Of a DNA stretch of 64,000 nt, positions 49,049 to 59,435 are shown in pieces. Location: contig JAJFFK010000037.1 in NCBI GenBank assembly GCA_021776655.1, forward strand, positions 64,815-128,814. Reading direction: 5' to 3'. This stretch comes from Henriciella sp. GTDB taxonomy: Bacteria; Pseudomonadota; Alphaproteobacteria; Caulobacterales; Hyphomonadaceae. The position numbers were made by a program, and so were the translations under genes. The notes under the pieces were generated by a model that was given only the letters and a program-made list of their open reading frames with translations, made no database searches and was not told the origin of the DNA. The first letter of the stretch is position 1; each line of letters begins with the position of its first letter.

Positions 49049-50941
49049 ATGTTAAAACTTTCATTGAGTTTGAGTGTCGCTGCACTGGCGCTAACGGGCG
49101 CGGCGTATGGCCAGGATGCAAGCGAGGATCAAGGCGAAACAGTTCTTTTCGCAGACCTGATTTTGTCGACGATTGAAGTTGCAGGCTTACGCCCGATTCA
49201 AGAGCAGGACATCACAACCAGCATCACCATCATCGATGCGTCTGACCTGGCTGTGCGAGCCGCACCTTATGTGGCGGATCAGTTGCGGGCCGTGCCGGGA
49301 GTTGGAGTGTCGCGCTCAGGTGCCGTCGGCGCGCTAACGCAGGTGCGCATTCGCGGCGGCGAGGCTAATCACACGCTGGTCCTGCTTAACGGGGCTGAAG
49401 TGTCCGACCCAACCACAGGCGAGACCGATTTCGGCCTTTGGTCTGGCTTGAATGTCGAGCGGATTGAGGTCGCGCGTGGCGAGCAATCGGCGCTGTACGG
49501 CTCCGATGCGATTGGTGGTGTTGTGTCAATCACGACAGGCGGTGAGGGCCTGAGTAGCGCGCTTGAGTACGGTTCGTTAAATACGTTGCGCGGTGATCTA
49601 GGTTTTGCAACCGATGTCGACAATGGTCGCTTCGGGTTTGCAGTGTCGGGCTTCACTACGGACGGCGTTGATACGGCTGGTCTGGACGGCGAGAAAGACG
49701 GATCGGAAAGCTATTCCGCGCTCGCAACCGGCGCGTTCGATGTGACGAATGATTGGCTGCTAAGCGGTCTGGCGAGTTATCGCACAAGTATGGCGCAGAC
49801 TGATCCGGACAGTGATTTTGATGGCCTGCTTGATAATGCTGATCGTGAAACCGAGAGCGTTCAGTGGCTGATTGGGACCGTGCTGGAAGGCGATGCGGCG
49901 GGCTTCAACCATGTGTTTCGGGCCAGCTATAATGACGTAACGCGTGAGAATACTGCCGATGACGTATTTGCTGATGAGACGATCGGTCAGCGTACGAAAC
50001 TGAGCTATAGCCCGTCGCGTGATTTCGTACTGGCAACGGGTGAACTCACCCTGTCGGGCTTGATCGATTGGGAAAGCGAAGATTATGAACGTGTTGGTAT
50101 CGCGTCTTTCTTTGGTGACCCTAATCAGACAGCGAGCTTTGATACGCTAGGGCTGGCAGGCGAGGCCTTACTTTCGCTCGATCATCTTGCACTGACGGCA
50201 TCGGTTCGCCGTGATGATAATGATGGCCGTTTTGACAATGCTACGACATGGCGCGCCGGAGCGGCGTACAATTTCGACGGTGGTGCAAAAATTCGCGCCA
50301 GTGCCGGGACCGGAGTGAAGAACCCGACTTTCACCGAATTGTTCGGCTTCATTCCGGCCAGTTTCGTTGGCAATCCAGACCTGAAGCCGGAACAATCGAC
50401 CAGTTGGGAAATCGGCTGGGATCAGGATTTTGGCGATGTCCAAACCTCGCTGACTTACTTCTCGGCAGAACTGGAAGACGAGATTTTCACGCAGTTCAAT
50501 CCAGACTTTACATCTATGGCGGCCAACCGTGGCGGGACAAGTGAACGTAACGGCATCGAGGCATCTATGCGCTGGGCGATCAGTGATGAGTTGGACCTGT
50601 CGGGCGCAGTGTCGAATATCTCATCACAGAGCGATACTGGCGCAGATGAGATTCGCGTGCCGGAATGGACGGGGAGTGCGGCGTTGAACTGGACGCGCGG
50701 TGGTATGCGCGTCGGACTAGCGGCTGATTATGTCGGCGAGCAAGGTGATACCGATTTCGGGACGTTCCAGCCGGTTGATCTGGATGCCTATTGGTTGGTT
50801 TCGGCGACGGTGGAGTTCCCCATTACGGATCGACTCTCGCTAACTTTGCGCGGCGCAAACCTGCTGGATCAGACTGTCACCGACGTGTTCGGTTATCACG
50901 CGCCTGGTGCTGGTGTGTTTATCGGACTGAAGCTACGCTAA
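49049..50941 (+). CDS. btuB: TonB-dependent cobalamin receptor
   Basis: Signal peptide, 'IRGGEANHTLVL', 'ERIEV.RG.QSALYGSDAIGGVV'; riboswitch upstream. Confidence 0.9.
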   Translation: MLKLSLSLSVAALALTGAAYGQDASEDQGETVLFADLILSTIEVAGLRPIQEQDITTSITIIDASDLAVRAAPYVADQLRAVPGVGVSRSGAVGALTQVRIRGGEANHTLVLLNGAEVSDPTTGETDFGLWSGLNVERIEVARGEQSALYGSDAIGGVVSITTGGEGLSSALEYGSLNTLRGDLGFATDVDNGRFGFAVSGFTTDGVDTAGLDGEKDGSESYSALATGAFDVTNDWLLSGLASYRTSMAQTDPDSDFDGLLDNADRETESVQWLIGTVLEGDAAGFNHVFRASYNDVTRENTADDVFADETIGQRTKLSYSPSRDFVLATGELTLSGLIDWESEDYERVGIASFFGDPNQTASFDTLGLAGEALLSLDHLALTASVRRDDNDGRFDNATTWRAGAAYNFDGGAKIRASAGTGVKNPTFTELFGFIPASFVGNPDLKPEQSTSWEIGWDQDFGDVQTSLTYFSAELEDEIFTQFNPDFTSMAANRGGTSERNGIEASMRWAISDELDLSGAVSNISSQSDTGADEIRVPEWTGSAALNWTRGGMRVGLAADYVGEQGDTDFGTFQPVDLDAYWLVSATVEFPITDRLSLTLRGANLLDQTVTDVFGYHAPGAGVFIGLKLR

Positions 50942-50942
50942 C

Positions 50943-51755
50943 ATGATGCGGCTGATGGTTCTGTTTTCGGTAATGATGCTGGCGGCGTGTGGCGGGGAAC
51001 TCCCGGTACGCGCGGTCAGTGGCACGCCGATGCGAATTGTCAGCCTCGATTATTGCGCTGATCAATATGTGCTGAAAATGGTTGATCGGGAGCGAATACT
51101 TGCGGTGTCGGCGGAAGCGGATGCGCCATTTTCCTATATGCGCGAAGCGGCCAAGGGCGTTCCAAGCGTGCGACCGTCAGCCGAGAACGTTCTAGCTTTG
51201 AAGCCGGACTTGATTGTGCGCTCTTATGGCGGCGGCCCGAACGTGGTGGCCTTCTTTGAGGGGGCGGGTGTGCCGCTTTTGCAGATCGGGTGGGCCAGTG
51301 ACTTGGAGGGTATCAAACGGGTCACGCGCGAGATGGCCGCCGGTCTGGATGCTGCAGCGATGGGCGAAGACATGGTTGCTGATCTTGATGCACGGTTGGC
51401 CGTTTTGAGGGCGGGCAGCAGTGGCTCAAAAGCGCTGTACATGACGCCCGGCGGGGTCACGTCTGGGCCGGGATCATTGGTGCATGAAATGCTGATTGAG
51501 GCCGGGCTGGAAAATTTCATGCTAGCCCCAGGTTGGCATGAGTTGCCGCTGGAGGAGCTGGCGCGGTCACAGCCAGACATGGTCGCCTTCGCCAGTTTCA
51601 ATAGCCACAGGACGCCGTGGAGTTCAGCGCGCCATCCGATTGCCCGCGCGCAGGTGCGTGACCTGCCAACCACCCAAATAGAAGGCGCGTGGACGTCTTG
51701 CGGCGCGTGGTTCTTGGTCGATGCAATTGAGGCTTTGGCGGAGGCGACACCATGA
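50943..51755 (+). CDS. btuF: Cobalamin ABC substrate-binding lipoprotein
   Basis: LAAC lipobox, 'RIVSLDYCADQ', 'ENVLALKPDL'. Confidence 0.85.
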   Translation: MMRLMVLFSVMMLAACGGELPVRAVSGTPMRIVSLDYCADQYVLKMVDRERILAVSAEADAPFSYMREAAKGVPSVRPSAENVLALKPDLIVRSYGGGPNVVAFFEGAGVPLLQIGWASDLEGIKRVTREMAAGLDAAAMGEDMVADLDARLAVLRAGSSGSKALYMTPGGVTSGPGSLVHEMLIEAGLENFMLAPGWHELPLEELARSQPDMVAFASFNSHRTPWSSARHPIARAQVRDLPTTQIEGAWTSCGAWFLVDAIEALAEATP

Positions 51756-52741
51756 GCGGACGCGGCTTAACTGTTCTGTTAATCGCGGCGAGTGCGCTGG
51801 CGATGTTTGCCGCGTGCCTGCTTGGCTCAACCTCTATGGGCTTCGGGCGCGTGCTCACGGCTTTGATTGGGCAAGGCGATGTGGCAGACCAGATTATCGT
51901 CTGGCAAATCCGTTTGCCGCGCGCTTTGGCGGCGTTTGTCGTAGGCACTGCTTTGGGCGTCTCAGGGGCCGCTTTGCAGGGCCTGTTGCGCAATCCATTG
52001 GCCGAACCGGGCGTGCTCGGCGTGTCAGCTTCTGCCGCCTTGGGCGCGACCTTGGTGATCTATTATGGGCTCGCCAGCCTGTCACCATGGGTGATGCCCG
52101 TCGCAGCGATTGCCGGGGCCTTGGTGGCGACAGCCGTGATCGCGCTGGCGGCTCTGCGAACCCGATCAGTGGTGACTTTGATTTTGATCGGCGTGGGTCT
52201 GTCGAGCTTTGCCGGGGCTTTGATGTCGCTGTTGATGAACTTTGCGCCTAACCCGTTCTCACTCAGCGATATGATCAATTGGATGCTTGGATCGGTGGCG
52301 AACCGTAGTTTTGATGATCTCGCGATTGCTGCGCCGTTTATGCTCGCTGGTTTGGGAATATTGTTCGCCACAAAGCGCGGTCTTTCGGCCCTGACATTGG
52401 GCGAGGAAGCGGCCAGCGGGATTGGGTTGGACTTGCAGAAACAGCGGATATTTGTCGTGCTTGGCGCGGGTTTGGCGACAGGTGCAGCGGTATCGATTGC
52501 CGGGGCGATTGGCTTTGTCGGTATCGTTGCGCCGCATATTGTCCGCCCGTTTGTCGGGCATGACCCGGCGCGGTCTCTACTGCCGTCTGGCTTGCTCGGT
52601 GGATTGCTATTGGTCGTCGCGGATATTCTCGTGCGCCTGTTACCGACGGCGTTTGAATTGAAATTAGGCGTGGTTGCGGCCCTGATTGGCGCGCCAGCCT
52701 TCGTCTGGATCGCCATGCAAAGGGGGGCCGGACATGAATGA
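51752..52741 (+). CDS. btuC: Cobalamin ABC permease (FecCD family)
   Basis: 'IRLPR', 'QGLLRNPLAEP..LGVS', 'LGEE.A', 'IGFVGIVAPH'. Confidence 0.88.
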   Translation: MSGRGLTVLLIAASALAMFAACLLGSTSMGFGRVLTALIGQGDVADQIIVWQIRLPRALAAFVVGTALGVSGAALQGLLRNPLAEPGVLGVSASAALGATLVIYYGLASLSPWVMPVAAIAGALVATAVIALAALRTRSVVTLILIGVGLSSFAGALMSLLMNFAPNPFSLSDMINWMLGSVANRSFDDLAIAAPFMLAGLGILFATKRGLSALTLGEEAASGIGLDLQKQRIFVVLGAGLATGAAVSIAGAIGFVGIVAPHIVRPFVGHDPARSLLPSGLLGGLLLVVADILVRLLPTAFELKLGVVAALIGAPAFVWIAMQRGAGHE

Positions 52742-53495
52742 GCTGATTGTTTCCGGCCTCAGCGTGAAGCCGCAGGATGCGACGCTGGTAAAAGACGCGT
52801 CCTTTACGTTGAAACCGGGCGATCTGATCGCCGTTCTAGGGCCTAATGGGGCGGGGAAAACATCGCTGCTGCGTGGCGCTTTGGGGCTCATCGCGATCAA
52901 TAATGGTCAAGCAAAGTTGAACCGGACTGCGACGGCTGACCTGTCGCCGATGGTTCGGGCGCAATCAGTGGCTTACCTGCCGCAAGCGCGTCCATTGGCG
53001 TGGCCCAATTGCGTGCGTGACGTTGTGGCTTTGGGGCGGTTTGCGCATGGCGCGACGCTGGGCCGATTGGGTGAGGCGGATGCTGAAGCCGTTGACGCAG
53101 CGATTGCTGCTTGCGGTGTTGCTCATCTGGCGCAGCGCCAGACCGATACGCTGTCGGGTGGGGAATTGGCGCGGGTGCATTGCGCGCGGGCCTTTGCCGC
53201 CAAAGCGCCGTTACTGATCGCGGATGAACCTGTCGCGGCGCTGGATCCGCGCCACCAATTTCGGATTATGGATATGATCCGTGGCTTTGTAGACGATGGC
53301 GGTGGGGCGATGGTCGTGCTGCACGATGTGGCATTGGCAGCGCGATATGCGAGCCGCATGATCTGGATGAAGGATGGCGTCATTGTTGCCGACGGATCGC
53401 CTGCCGAGACCCTGACGCAGCAGCGGATCGCTGACATATATGATGTTCGCGCGAAGGTTGATGGCCTGAATGTTCGCCTTGATGGCGCGATTTAG
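52734..53495 (+). CDS. btuD: Cobalamin ABC ATPase
   Basis: GPNGAGKT, LSGGE, 'ADEP', 'LHD'. Confidence 0.88.
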   Translation: MNELIVSGLSVKPQDATLVKDASFTLKPGDLIAVLGPNGAGKTSLLRGALGLIAINNGQAKLNRTATADLSPMVRAQSVAYLPQARPLAWPNCVRDVVALGRFAHGATLGRLGEADAEAVDAAIAACGVAHLAQRQTDTLSGGELARVHCARAFAAKAPLLIADEPVAALDPRHQFRIMDMIRGFVDDGGGAMVVLHDVALAARYASRMIWMKDGVIVADGSPAETLTQQRIADIYDVRAKVDGLNVRLDGAI

Positions 53496-53579
53496 GCGGC
53501 GCATTTCAATTGGTCCTCTTGGCGCGGCGTCTTGTATCTCTATGGTCATCGCCAGCATGACAAACGGGGAGATTCGGGC

Positions 53580-53846
53580 ATGGCAGAGCCATCAGAAGAC
53601 ATCGATAAAGCCGGGTATTGGCGTGCCACGCGCGGGTTGACCCTTCGTCTGCTTGCTATCTGGTTTATGGTTTCATTCGGTGCCGGCATTCTGTTTCGTG
53701 ATGTTCTCGATCAAGTGTCGATTGGCGGCGCGCCGCTCGGGTTTTGGTTCGCGCAGCAAGGCTCAATCTATGTCTTTGTCGGGCTGATTTTCTACTATTG
53801 CTGGGCCATGGCGCGGCTCGAACGCAAATTTGGCGTGAAGGGGTAG
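53580..53846 (+). CDS. DUF4212 small membrane subunit of a solute:sodium symporter
   Basis: 'YW...L..WF.VSFG', 'GAPLGFWFAQQGSI'. Confidence 0.9.
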   Translation: MAEPSEDIDKAGYWRATRGLTLRLLAIWFMVSFGAGILFRDVLDQVSIGGAPLGFWFAQQGSIYVFVGLIFYYCWAMARLERKFGVKG

Positions 53847-53847
53847 G

Positions 53848-55707
53848 GTGATGGACCAACAGATGTGGACCTATCTCTTCGTCGGCGTCACGTTCTCGAT
53901 CTATATTGGTATAGCCCTGTGGGCGAGAGCCGGTTCGACGGGCGAGTTTTATGTCGCGGGCCACGATGTGCATCCGGTGGTCAACGGCATGGCAACGGCA
54001 GCCGATTGGATGTCGGCGGCGTCATTCCTGTCGATGGCGGGCTTGATTGCTTTCATGGGCTATGGCGGCTCGGTTTATCTGATGGGCTGGACCGGCGGCT
54101 ATGTCTTGCTGGCCGTGCTGCTTGCGCCGTACTTGCGTGAGTTTGGCAAGTTCACCGTGCCGGACTTTGTCGGTGACCGCTACTATTCCAGAACCGCCAG
54201 ATTGATCGCGGTCCTGTGCGCGCTGTTTGTCTCATTCACCTATATCGCCGGACAAATGAAGGGCGTTGGGGTAGCCTTTTCGAGTTTTCTACATGTCGAT
54301 TACAATGTCGGCATCATGATCGGCATGGTGATCGTGTTTGTCTACGCCGTCCTCGGCGGTATGAAGGGCGTGACTTACACTCAGGTGGCACAATATGTCG
54401 TCTTGATCTTTGCGTACACCGTACCCGCGATCTTCATGTCGATCATCATTACCGACAATCCAATCCCGCAACTTGGTTTCATTGGCAATGCCAGCGGGAC
54501 TGATGTTTCGATGCTGGCAAAGCTCAACACCGTCGTGACGGATCTGGGCTTCAAAGAGTATACACAGACCGACAAATCCATGTTCGACATGTTTGCGATC
54601 ACCGGGGCGCTGATGTTCGGCACGGCGGGATTGCCGCATGTGATTATTCGCTTCTTCACTGTGAAAAGCGCCAAGGCGGCGCGGATTTCGGCGGGCTGGG
54701 CGCTGGTTTTCATCGCCTTGCTGTACACAACAGCACCGGCTGTGGCGTCTTTCGCACGGCTGAATTTCATCGATACAGTGAATGAGAGCACGTATGCGTC
54801 GGAGCAGGCTGCAGAAGGTGAGACGCAGACACCGGGCTGGTTCGGCAATTGGGAAACCACAGGCTTGCTGGCCTGGGAAGACAAGAATGAAGATGGTAAA
54901 CTGCAATATCGTGCGGGCAAACCGTTTGAGGAATCCAAGCCATACTATTCCGGTGTGATCGGGGTGGACGGTCACCGCGAGCTTGAACTGTGCGAAACCG
55001 AAGATCAAAAAAATTGCAACACGCTGACCAAAAATGCCAATGAGGTCTATGTCAGCAACGATATTATCGTTCTCGCCAATCCTGAAATCGCGCAGCTGCC
55101 CGGCTGGGTCATTGGGCTGGTCGTCGCGGGCGGTCTGGCGGCGGCGCTATCGACGGCGGCTGGTCTTCTCATGGTGATCGCCTCGGCGGTTAGTCACGAT
55201 CTATGTCGGCGAACCTTCTTTCCGAATATGGATGACAAGACGGAGCTTAGGGTCGCGCGCGGCGCAGCGGCAGGCGCAGTGGCCGCAGCGGGCTTACTCG
55301 GCGTATTTGCTTCGCAATTGGGTTTTGTTGCGCAGGTTGTGGCCTTTGCGTTTGGTTTGGCGGCGGCGTCGCTGTTTCCGGTCATCTTTCTTGGGATATT
55401 CTGGAAACGGATGAACAAAGAGGGCGCGATTACGTCCATGCTGTTCGGCCTGATCTCGACCTTCGCCTATATCTACTATTTCAAGTTCATGAATACGGAT
55501 CCGGCAGGTTGGTGGTTTGGGGTTTCGCCTGAAGGCATTGGCTTCATGTTCATGTGGGGGTCATTGGCGCTTGGCATAGCTGTGGCCTTGCTCACGCCGC
55601 CGCCGCCGCAGGACATACAGGACCTGGTTGAGGATATTCGTATTCCGGGCACGCGCGTGTCACACGGCCTCGCAGATCGTGGGATGGCGCCTGTGCATGG
55701 TGAGTGA
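53848..55707 (+). CDS. Sodium:solute symporter, ActP-like (VC_2705 subfamily)
   Basis: 'NGMATAADWMSAASF', 'GKFTVPDF', 'GTAGLPHV..RFFTV'; lies between DUF4212 and acs. Confidence 0.92.
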   Translation: MMDQQMWTYLFVGVTFSIYIGIALWARAGSTGEFYVAGHDVHPVVNGMATAADWMSAASFLSMAGLIAFMGYGGSVYLMGWTGGYVLLAVLLAPYLREFGKFTVPDFVGDRYYSRTARLIAVLCALFVSFTYIAGQMKGVGVAFSSFLHVDYNVGIMIGMVIVFVYAVLGGMKGVTYTQVAQYVVLIFAYTVPAIFMSIIITDNPIPQLGFIGNASGTDVSMLAKLNTVVTDLGFKEYTQTDKSMFDMFAITGALMFGTAGLPHVIIRFFTVKSAKAARISAGWALVFIALLYTTAPAVASFARLNFIDTVNESTYASEQAAEGETQTPGWFGNWETTGLLAWEDKNEDGKLQYRAGKPFEESKPYYSGVIGVDGHRELELCETEDQKNCNTLTKNANEVYVSNDIIVLANPEIAQLPGWVIGLVVAGGLAAALSTAAGLLMVIASAVSHDLCRRTFFPNMDDKTELRVARGAAAGAVAAAGLLGVFASQLGFVAQVVAFAFGLAAASLFPVIFLGIFWKRMNKEGAITSMLFGLISTFAYIYYFKFMNTDPAGWWFGVSPEGIGFMFMWGSLALGIAVALLTPPPPQDIQDLVEDIRIPGTRVSHGLADRGMAPVHGE

Positions 55708-55799
55708 CAGGGCAAGGTTACACAAAAGGTTGCTTCACAATGCCCGCTAAATACGCAATCTATATGGCTGAACCGAATTGAATATCTGGGAGATTTTCG

Positions 55800-57743
55800 T
55801 TGACTGCAGAAACCATATATCAGGTCCCCAAAGAATTTGCCTGGGGCGCAAAACTGAGCCCGCGATCTTACCGGGTGAAGTATGATGCCTCAATTGCCAA
55901 CCCGGAACAGTTTTGGGCCAAGGAAGGCGAGCGCCTCGACTGGATGACGCCCTACACAAAGGTCAGGAACGCCTCGTTTGAGCAAGCTGATTTCGGTATT
56001 CGTTGGTATGAAGACGGTGTCCTGAATGTCAGCGCCAATTGCATTGATCGCCACCTAGAGACGCGCGGCGACAAGTCTGCCTTCATCTGGGAGGGCGACG
56101 AGCCGGGCGATAGCGCGGTCATCACGTACAAGACGCTACATCACGCTGTCTGCAAATTCGCAAATGTCCTTAAAAAACTCGGCGTCAAGAAAGGCGACCG
56201 GGTGACGATCTATATGCCAATGATTGTTGAGGCGGCCTATGCCATGCTCGCCTGCGCGCGCATTGGCGCTGTGCATTCAGTTGTGTTCGGCGGCTTTAGT
56301 CCCGAGGCCTTGTCCGGGCGGGTCATTGATTGCGATTCAAAGTGCATCATTACCGCCGATGAGGGCGTTCGAGCTGGTCGCAAGGTTCCACTCAAGGTGA
56401 ATGTCGATGCCGCCTGCGAGATTGCTGGCGACCTGGTTGAATCGGTTCTCGTCGTGCGCCGTACAGGTACGCCGGTGGCGATGAAAGAGGGCCGGGATCA
56501 CTGGCTCGATGAGATCGGTGCAACCGTTTCTGCTGACTGTCTGCCAGAACCGATGAGTGCCGAGGATCCGCTCTTCATTCTCTATACGTCTGGCTCGACA
56601 GGGAAACCAAAAGGTGTCTTGCACACCACAGGCGGATACCTGGTTTGGGCCAGCATGACGCATGAATACGTCTTCGACCTGAAGGAGGACGATGTATATT
56701 GGTGTTCGGCAGATGTCGGTTGGGTCACCGGACACAGCTATATCGTCTATGGTCCGTTGGCGAATGGCGCGACCAGCCTAATGTTTGAGGGCGTGCCAAC
56801 ATACCCGGATGCATCACGTTTCTGGCAGGTTTGCGACAAGCATCAGGTAACAATATTCTACACCGCGCCAACTGCAATACGCGCGCTGATGCGTGAAGGC
56901 GACGGCCCGGTTAAAGCCACGAGCCGCAGCTCGCTACGCTTACTCGGTACAGTTGGAGAGCCGATCAATCCGGAAGCTTGGGAATGGTATTTCCACACCG
57001 TGGGCGACGAGCGTTGCCCGATTGTGGATACATGGTGGCAGACCGAAACAGGCGGTGCGATGATTGTCCCACTGCCTGGCACAACCGACATGAAGCCAGG
57101 CGCAGGTAGCCATCCATTCTTTGGCGTTCAACTCGCGCTGGTTGATGCCGATGGTAATATTCTTGAGGGCGAGGCGGAAGGTAATCTGATTATTACCGAT
57201 AGCTGGCCTGGCCAAATGCGCACGGTGTATGGCGATCATCAGCGCTTTATCGACACATATTTTACGGCTTATCCCGGAAACTATTTCACGGGTGATGGAT
57301 GCCGACGTGACGCGGACGGGTTCTACTGGATCACCGGCCGCGTCGATGATGTCATCAACGTATCTGGTCACCGGATGGGGACAGCGGAAGTGGAGAGTGC
57401 ATTGGTCTCACATGATGCGGTCGCTGAAGCTGCCGTTATTGGCTATCCGCACGAGATCAAAGGGCAGGGCATCTATGCCTATGTTACAGTCAGAGCCGGT
57501 GTCGAGGTTGATGATGAGTTGAAAGCCAGTTTGGTCGCGCATGTCCGAGAAGAAATTGGCCCGGTTGCCAGTCCTGATCTGATCCAGTTTGCGCCGGGCT
57601 TACCGAAAACTCGGTCAGGCAAAATCATGCGGCGGATATTGCGGAAAATAGCCGAGAATGATTTCACTAATCTTGGCGACACGTCGACACTTGCCGAGCC
57701 AGAAGTTGTTGAGGACTTGATTGAGAATCGGCAAAATCGCTAG
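55800..57743 (+). CDS. acs: Acetyl-CoA synthetase
   Basis: '[11 protein letters not shown]', '[10 protein letters not shown]', '[15 protein letters not shown]'. Confidence 0.97.
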   Translation: MTAETIYQVPKEFAWGAKLSPRSYRVKYDASIANPEQFWAKEGERLDWMTPYTKVRNASFEQADFGIRWYEDGVLNVSANCIDRHLETRGDKSAFIWEGDEPGDSAVITYKTLHHAVCKFANVLKKLGVKKGDRVTIYMPMIVEAAYAMLACARIGAVHSVVFGGFSPEALSGRVIDCDSKCIITADEGVRAGRKVPLKVNVDAACEIAGDLVESVLVVRRTGTPVAMKEGRDHWLDEIGATVSADCLPEPMSAEDPLFILYTSGSTGKPKGVLHTTGGYLVWASMTHEYVFDLKEDDVYWCSADVGWVTGHSYIVYGPLANGATSLMFEGVPTYPDASRFWQVCDKHQVTIFYTAPTAIRALMREGDGPVKATSRSSLRLLGTVGEPINPEAWEWYFHTVGDERCPIVDTWWQTETGGAMIVPLPGTTDMKPGAGSHPFFGVQLALVDADGNILEGEAEGNLIITDSWPGQMRTVYGDHQRFIDTYFTAYPGNYFTGDGCRRDADGFYWITGRVDDVINVSGHRMGTAEVESALVSHDAVAEAAVIGYPHEIKGQGIYAYVTVRAGVEVDDELKASLVAHVREEIGPVASPDLIQFAPGLPKTRSGKIMRRILRKIAENDFTNLGDTSTLAEPEVVEDLIENRQNR

Positions 57744-59344
57744 GATTTCGATTTCTTTTTAGCGCCCGCCCCGGACTTCTTTTTCTTCTTCTTTTTCTTC
57801 GGCTTAGGTGCGTCAGCTTTAACTGCCTTTGGAGTCGCTTCTGGCGGCGGCATCGGGGGCTTCATCCGGGTGCGGTGAAACGTCTTGCGCTTGGTGGCTT
57901 TTTTTCCTGTCACACGGGATTTTCGGGTCGATGCAACAGCCAGCAATTCGTCCAACGAGTCCTTCAGACATTGAATGAAGAACGGCGTGTCCGGCATCAT
58001 TTGGCGGGTTGTGGTGACGTTAAACGTGATCCGGCCATCATAACTTGGCGTGGCGATGAAGAGGCCCATGCCTGCCCCAATCGGAGCGAGCGCATAGGCG
58101 TCGCTCACTTTCGCGCCGCAGAAATAAATTGGGAATTGTAGCCCTGCAACATTTGAAACGATCGCATTGCCCGTCTGCTCATTGGCCAGTCCGGAATTGA
58201 TCAGCAACGGCCCGAGGGTTGCCAGAGCGAAAGGTGGGACATGCTTGGAGAGATCCGTCATCACGCGGGCACCTAGGCCGCTTTTTTCGGCTTTGGCAGA
58301 CTGCGACGCAATTGTAATGGCTTTCAATCGGTCGAGTGGATCGGGAATATTGGTGAACAATGGCACAGTCATCGCTGAAATGTTGTTGCCGTCACTTTCT
58401 TGTGCGGACCCGCTACCGCTTCGCTTGTTGACCGGCGCCGTGATTACCAGGGTTTCTTTTGGCAATTCTTTCTTGGCGCTGAGATAGGTTCGAAGCGCGC
58501 CTGAACAGACGGCCAAAACGACGTCATTGATTTTCACGTCATTGAAGGCTGAGCATACCGTTTTGAAATCCGCCAGAGCAAAGACTGCTGCATCGAAAGC
58601 GCGGTTGGGAGAAACTTCTCCATTGAAGCGTGTTGACGGGATTGATACGCCTTCGCTTTGCCCCTGTGTCGCTCTGCGCGCGGCCGCTTTGGTAAGGGTC
58701 GGCCCGAGACGCAGCGCGGCATTAGCAAAACGGAGCGGTGCGGTGGCATTGTTTACGGCGGCACGGGTAAGGAGTTGATTAGATGTAGGTGTGCTTTCAC
58801 GTACCATCGTCCGGCGCGCAGGCGGCGGAATAAGCGGTGGACCGTCAGGCCCTGCGTCCATCATCGAGAACATGAATTCCTGAGCTGAAGTGCCATCCAC
58901 GGCGGAATGGTGCATCTTGACCACAATCGCAAACGACCCTTCGCTATAGTTCTCGACATTGGTTAGCCCCTCAATGACGAAAACCTCCCAAAGCGGGCGG
59001 GACATGTCGAGTGGGCGTGAGTGAATACGCGCGATGTGGATACAGAGTTGGCGCCAATCTGCCGGCTCGGGCAGGCGGCCATGGCGGACATGATATTCCA
59101 GATCAAAATGCGGATCTTCAACCCAATAAGGGAAATCAACATTGAACGGCAGGCGCATTAGTTTTTGACTGTAAAGCGGCGCATTTGATAGACGGTTCTC
59201 TATTGTCGAGAGAATTTCCTTGAATCGAACCAAACCGTTTGGCGCGGTTGCCTGATCACAAATCATCACCGAGGTAACGTGTGAGGCGATCTTTCCATCT
59301 TCCATGAACAGGAATTGGGCATCTTGGGGCTTAAGCTGTTTCAT
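57740..59344 (-). CDS. Wax ester synthase/diacylglycerol acyltransferase with Lys-rich tail
   Basis: 'DAQFL', '[13 protein letters not shown]', 'LDMSRPLWE', HHSAVDG, 'INDVVLA', 'SNV.G'. Confidence 0.93.
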   Translation of the reverse strand: MKQLKPQDAQFLFMEDGKIASHVTSVMICDQATAPNGLVRFKEILSTIENRLSNAPLYSQKLMRLPFNVDFPYWVEDPHFDLEYHVRHGRLPEPADWRQLCIHIARIHSRPLDMSRPLWEVFVIEGLTNVENYSEGSFAIVVKMHHSAVDGTSAQEFMFSMMDAGPDGPPLIPPPARRTMVRESTPTSNQLLTRAAVNNATAPLRFANAALRLGPTLTKAAARRATQGQSEGVSIPSTRFNGEVSPNRAFDAAVFALADFKTVCSAFNDVKINDVVLAVCSGALRTYLSAKKELPKETLVITAPVNKRSGSGSAQESDGNNISAMTVPLFTNIPDPLDRLKAITIASQSAKAEKSGLGARVMTDLSKHVPPFALATLGPLLINSGLANEQTGNAIVSNVAGLQFPIYFCGAKVSDAYALAPIGAGMGLFIATPSYDGRITFNVTTTRQMMPDTPFFIQCLKDSLDELLAVASTRKSRVTGKKATKRKTFHRTRMKPPMPPPEATPKAVKADAPKPKKKKKKKKSGAGAKKKSKS

Positions 59345-59435
59345 GTACTCAACGATTCAATTTTGCGCAGGTCTGCAGGCTATATACGACAACAATCCAA
59401 TTATGGTGAATCTGGTGTGCAAAATTTGCGCCAAA

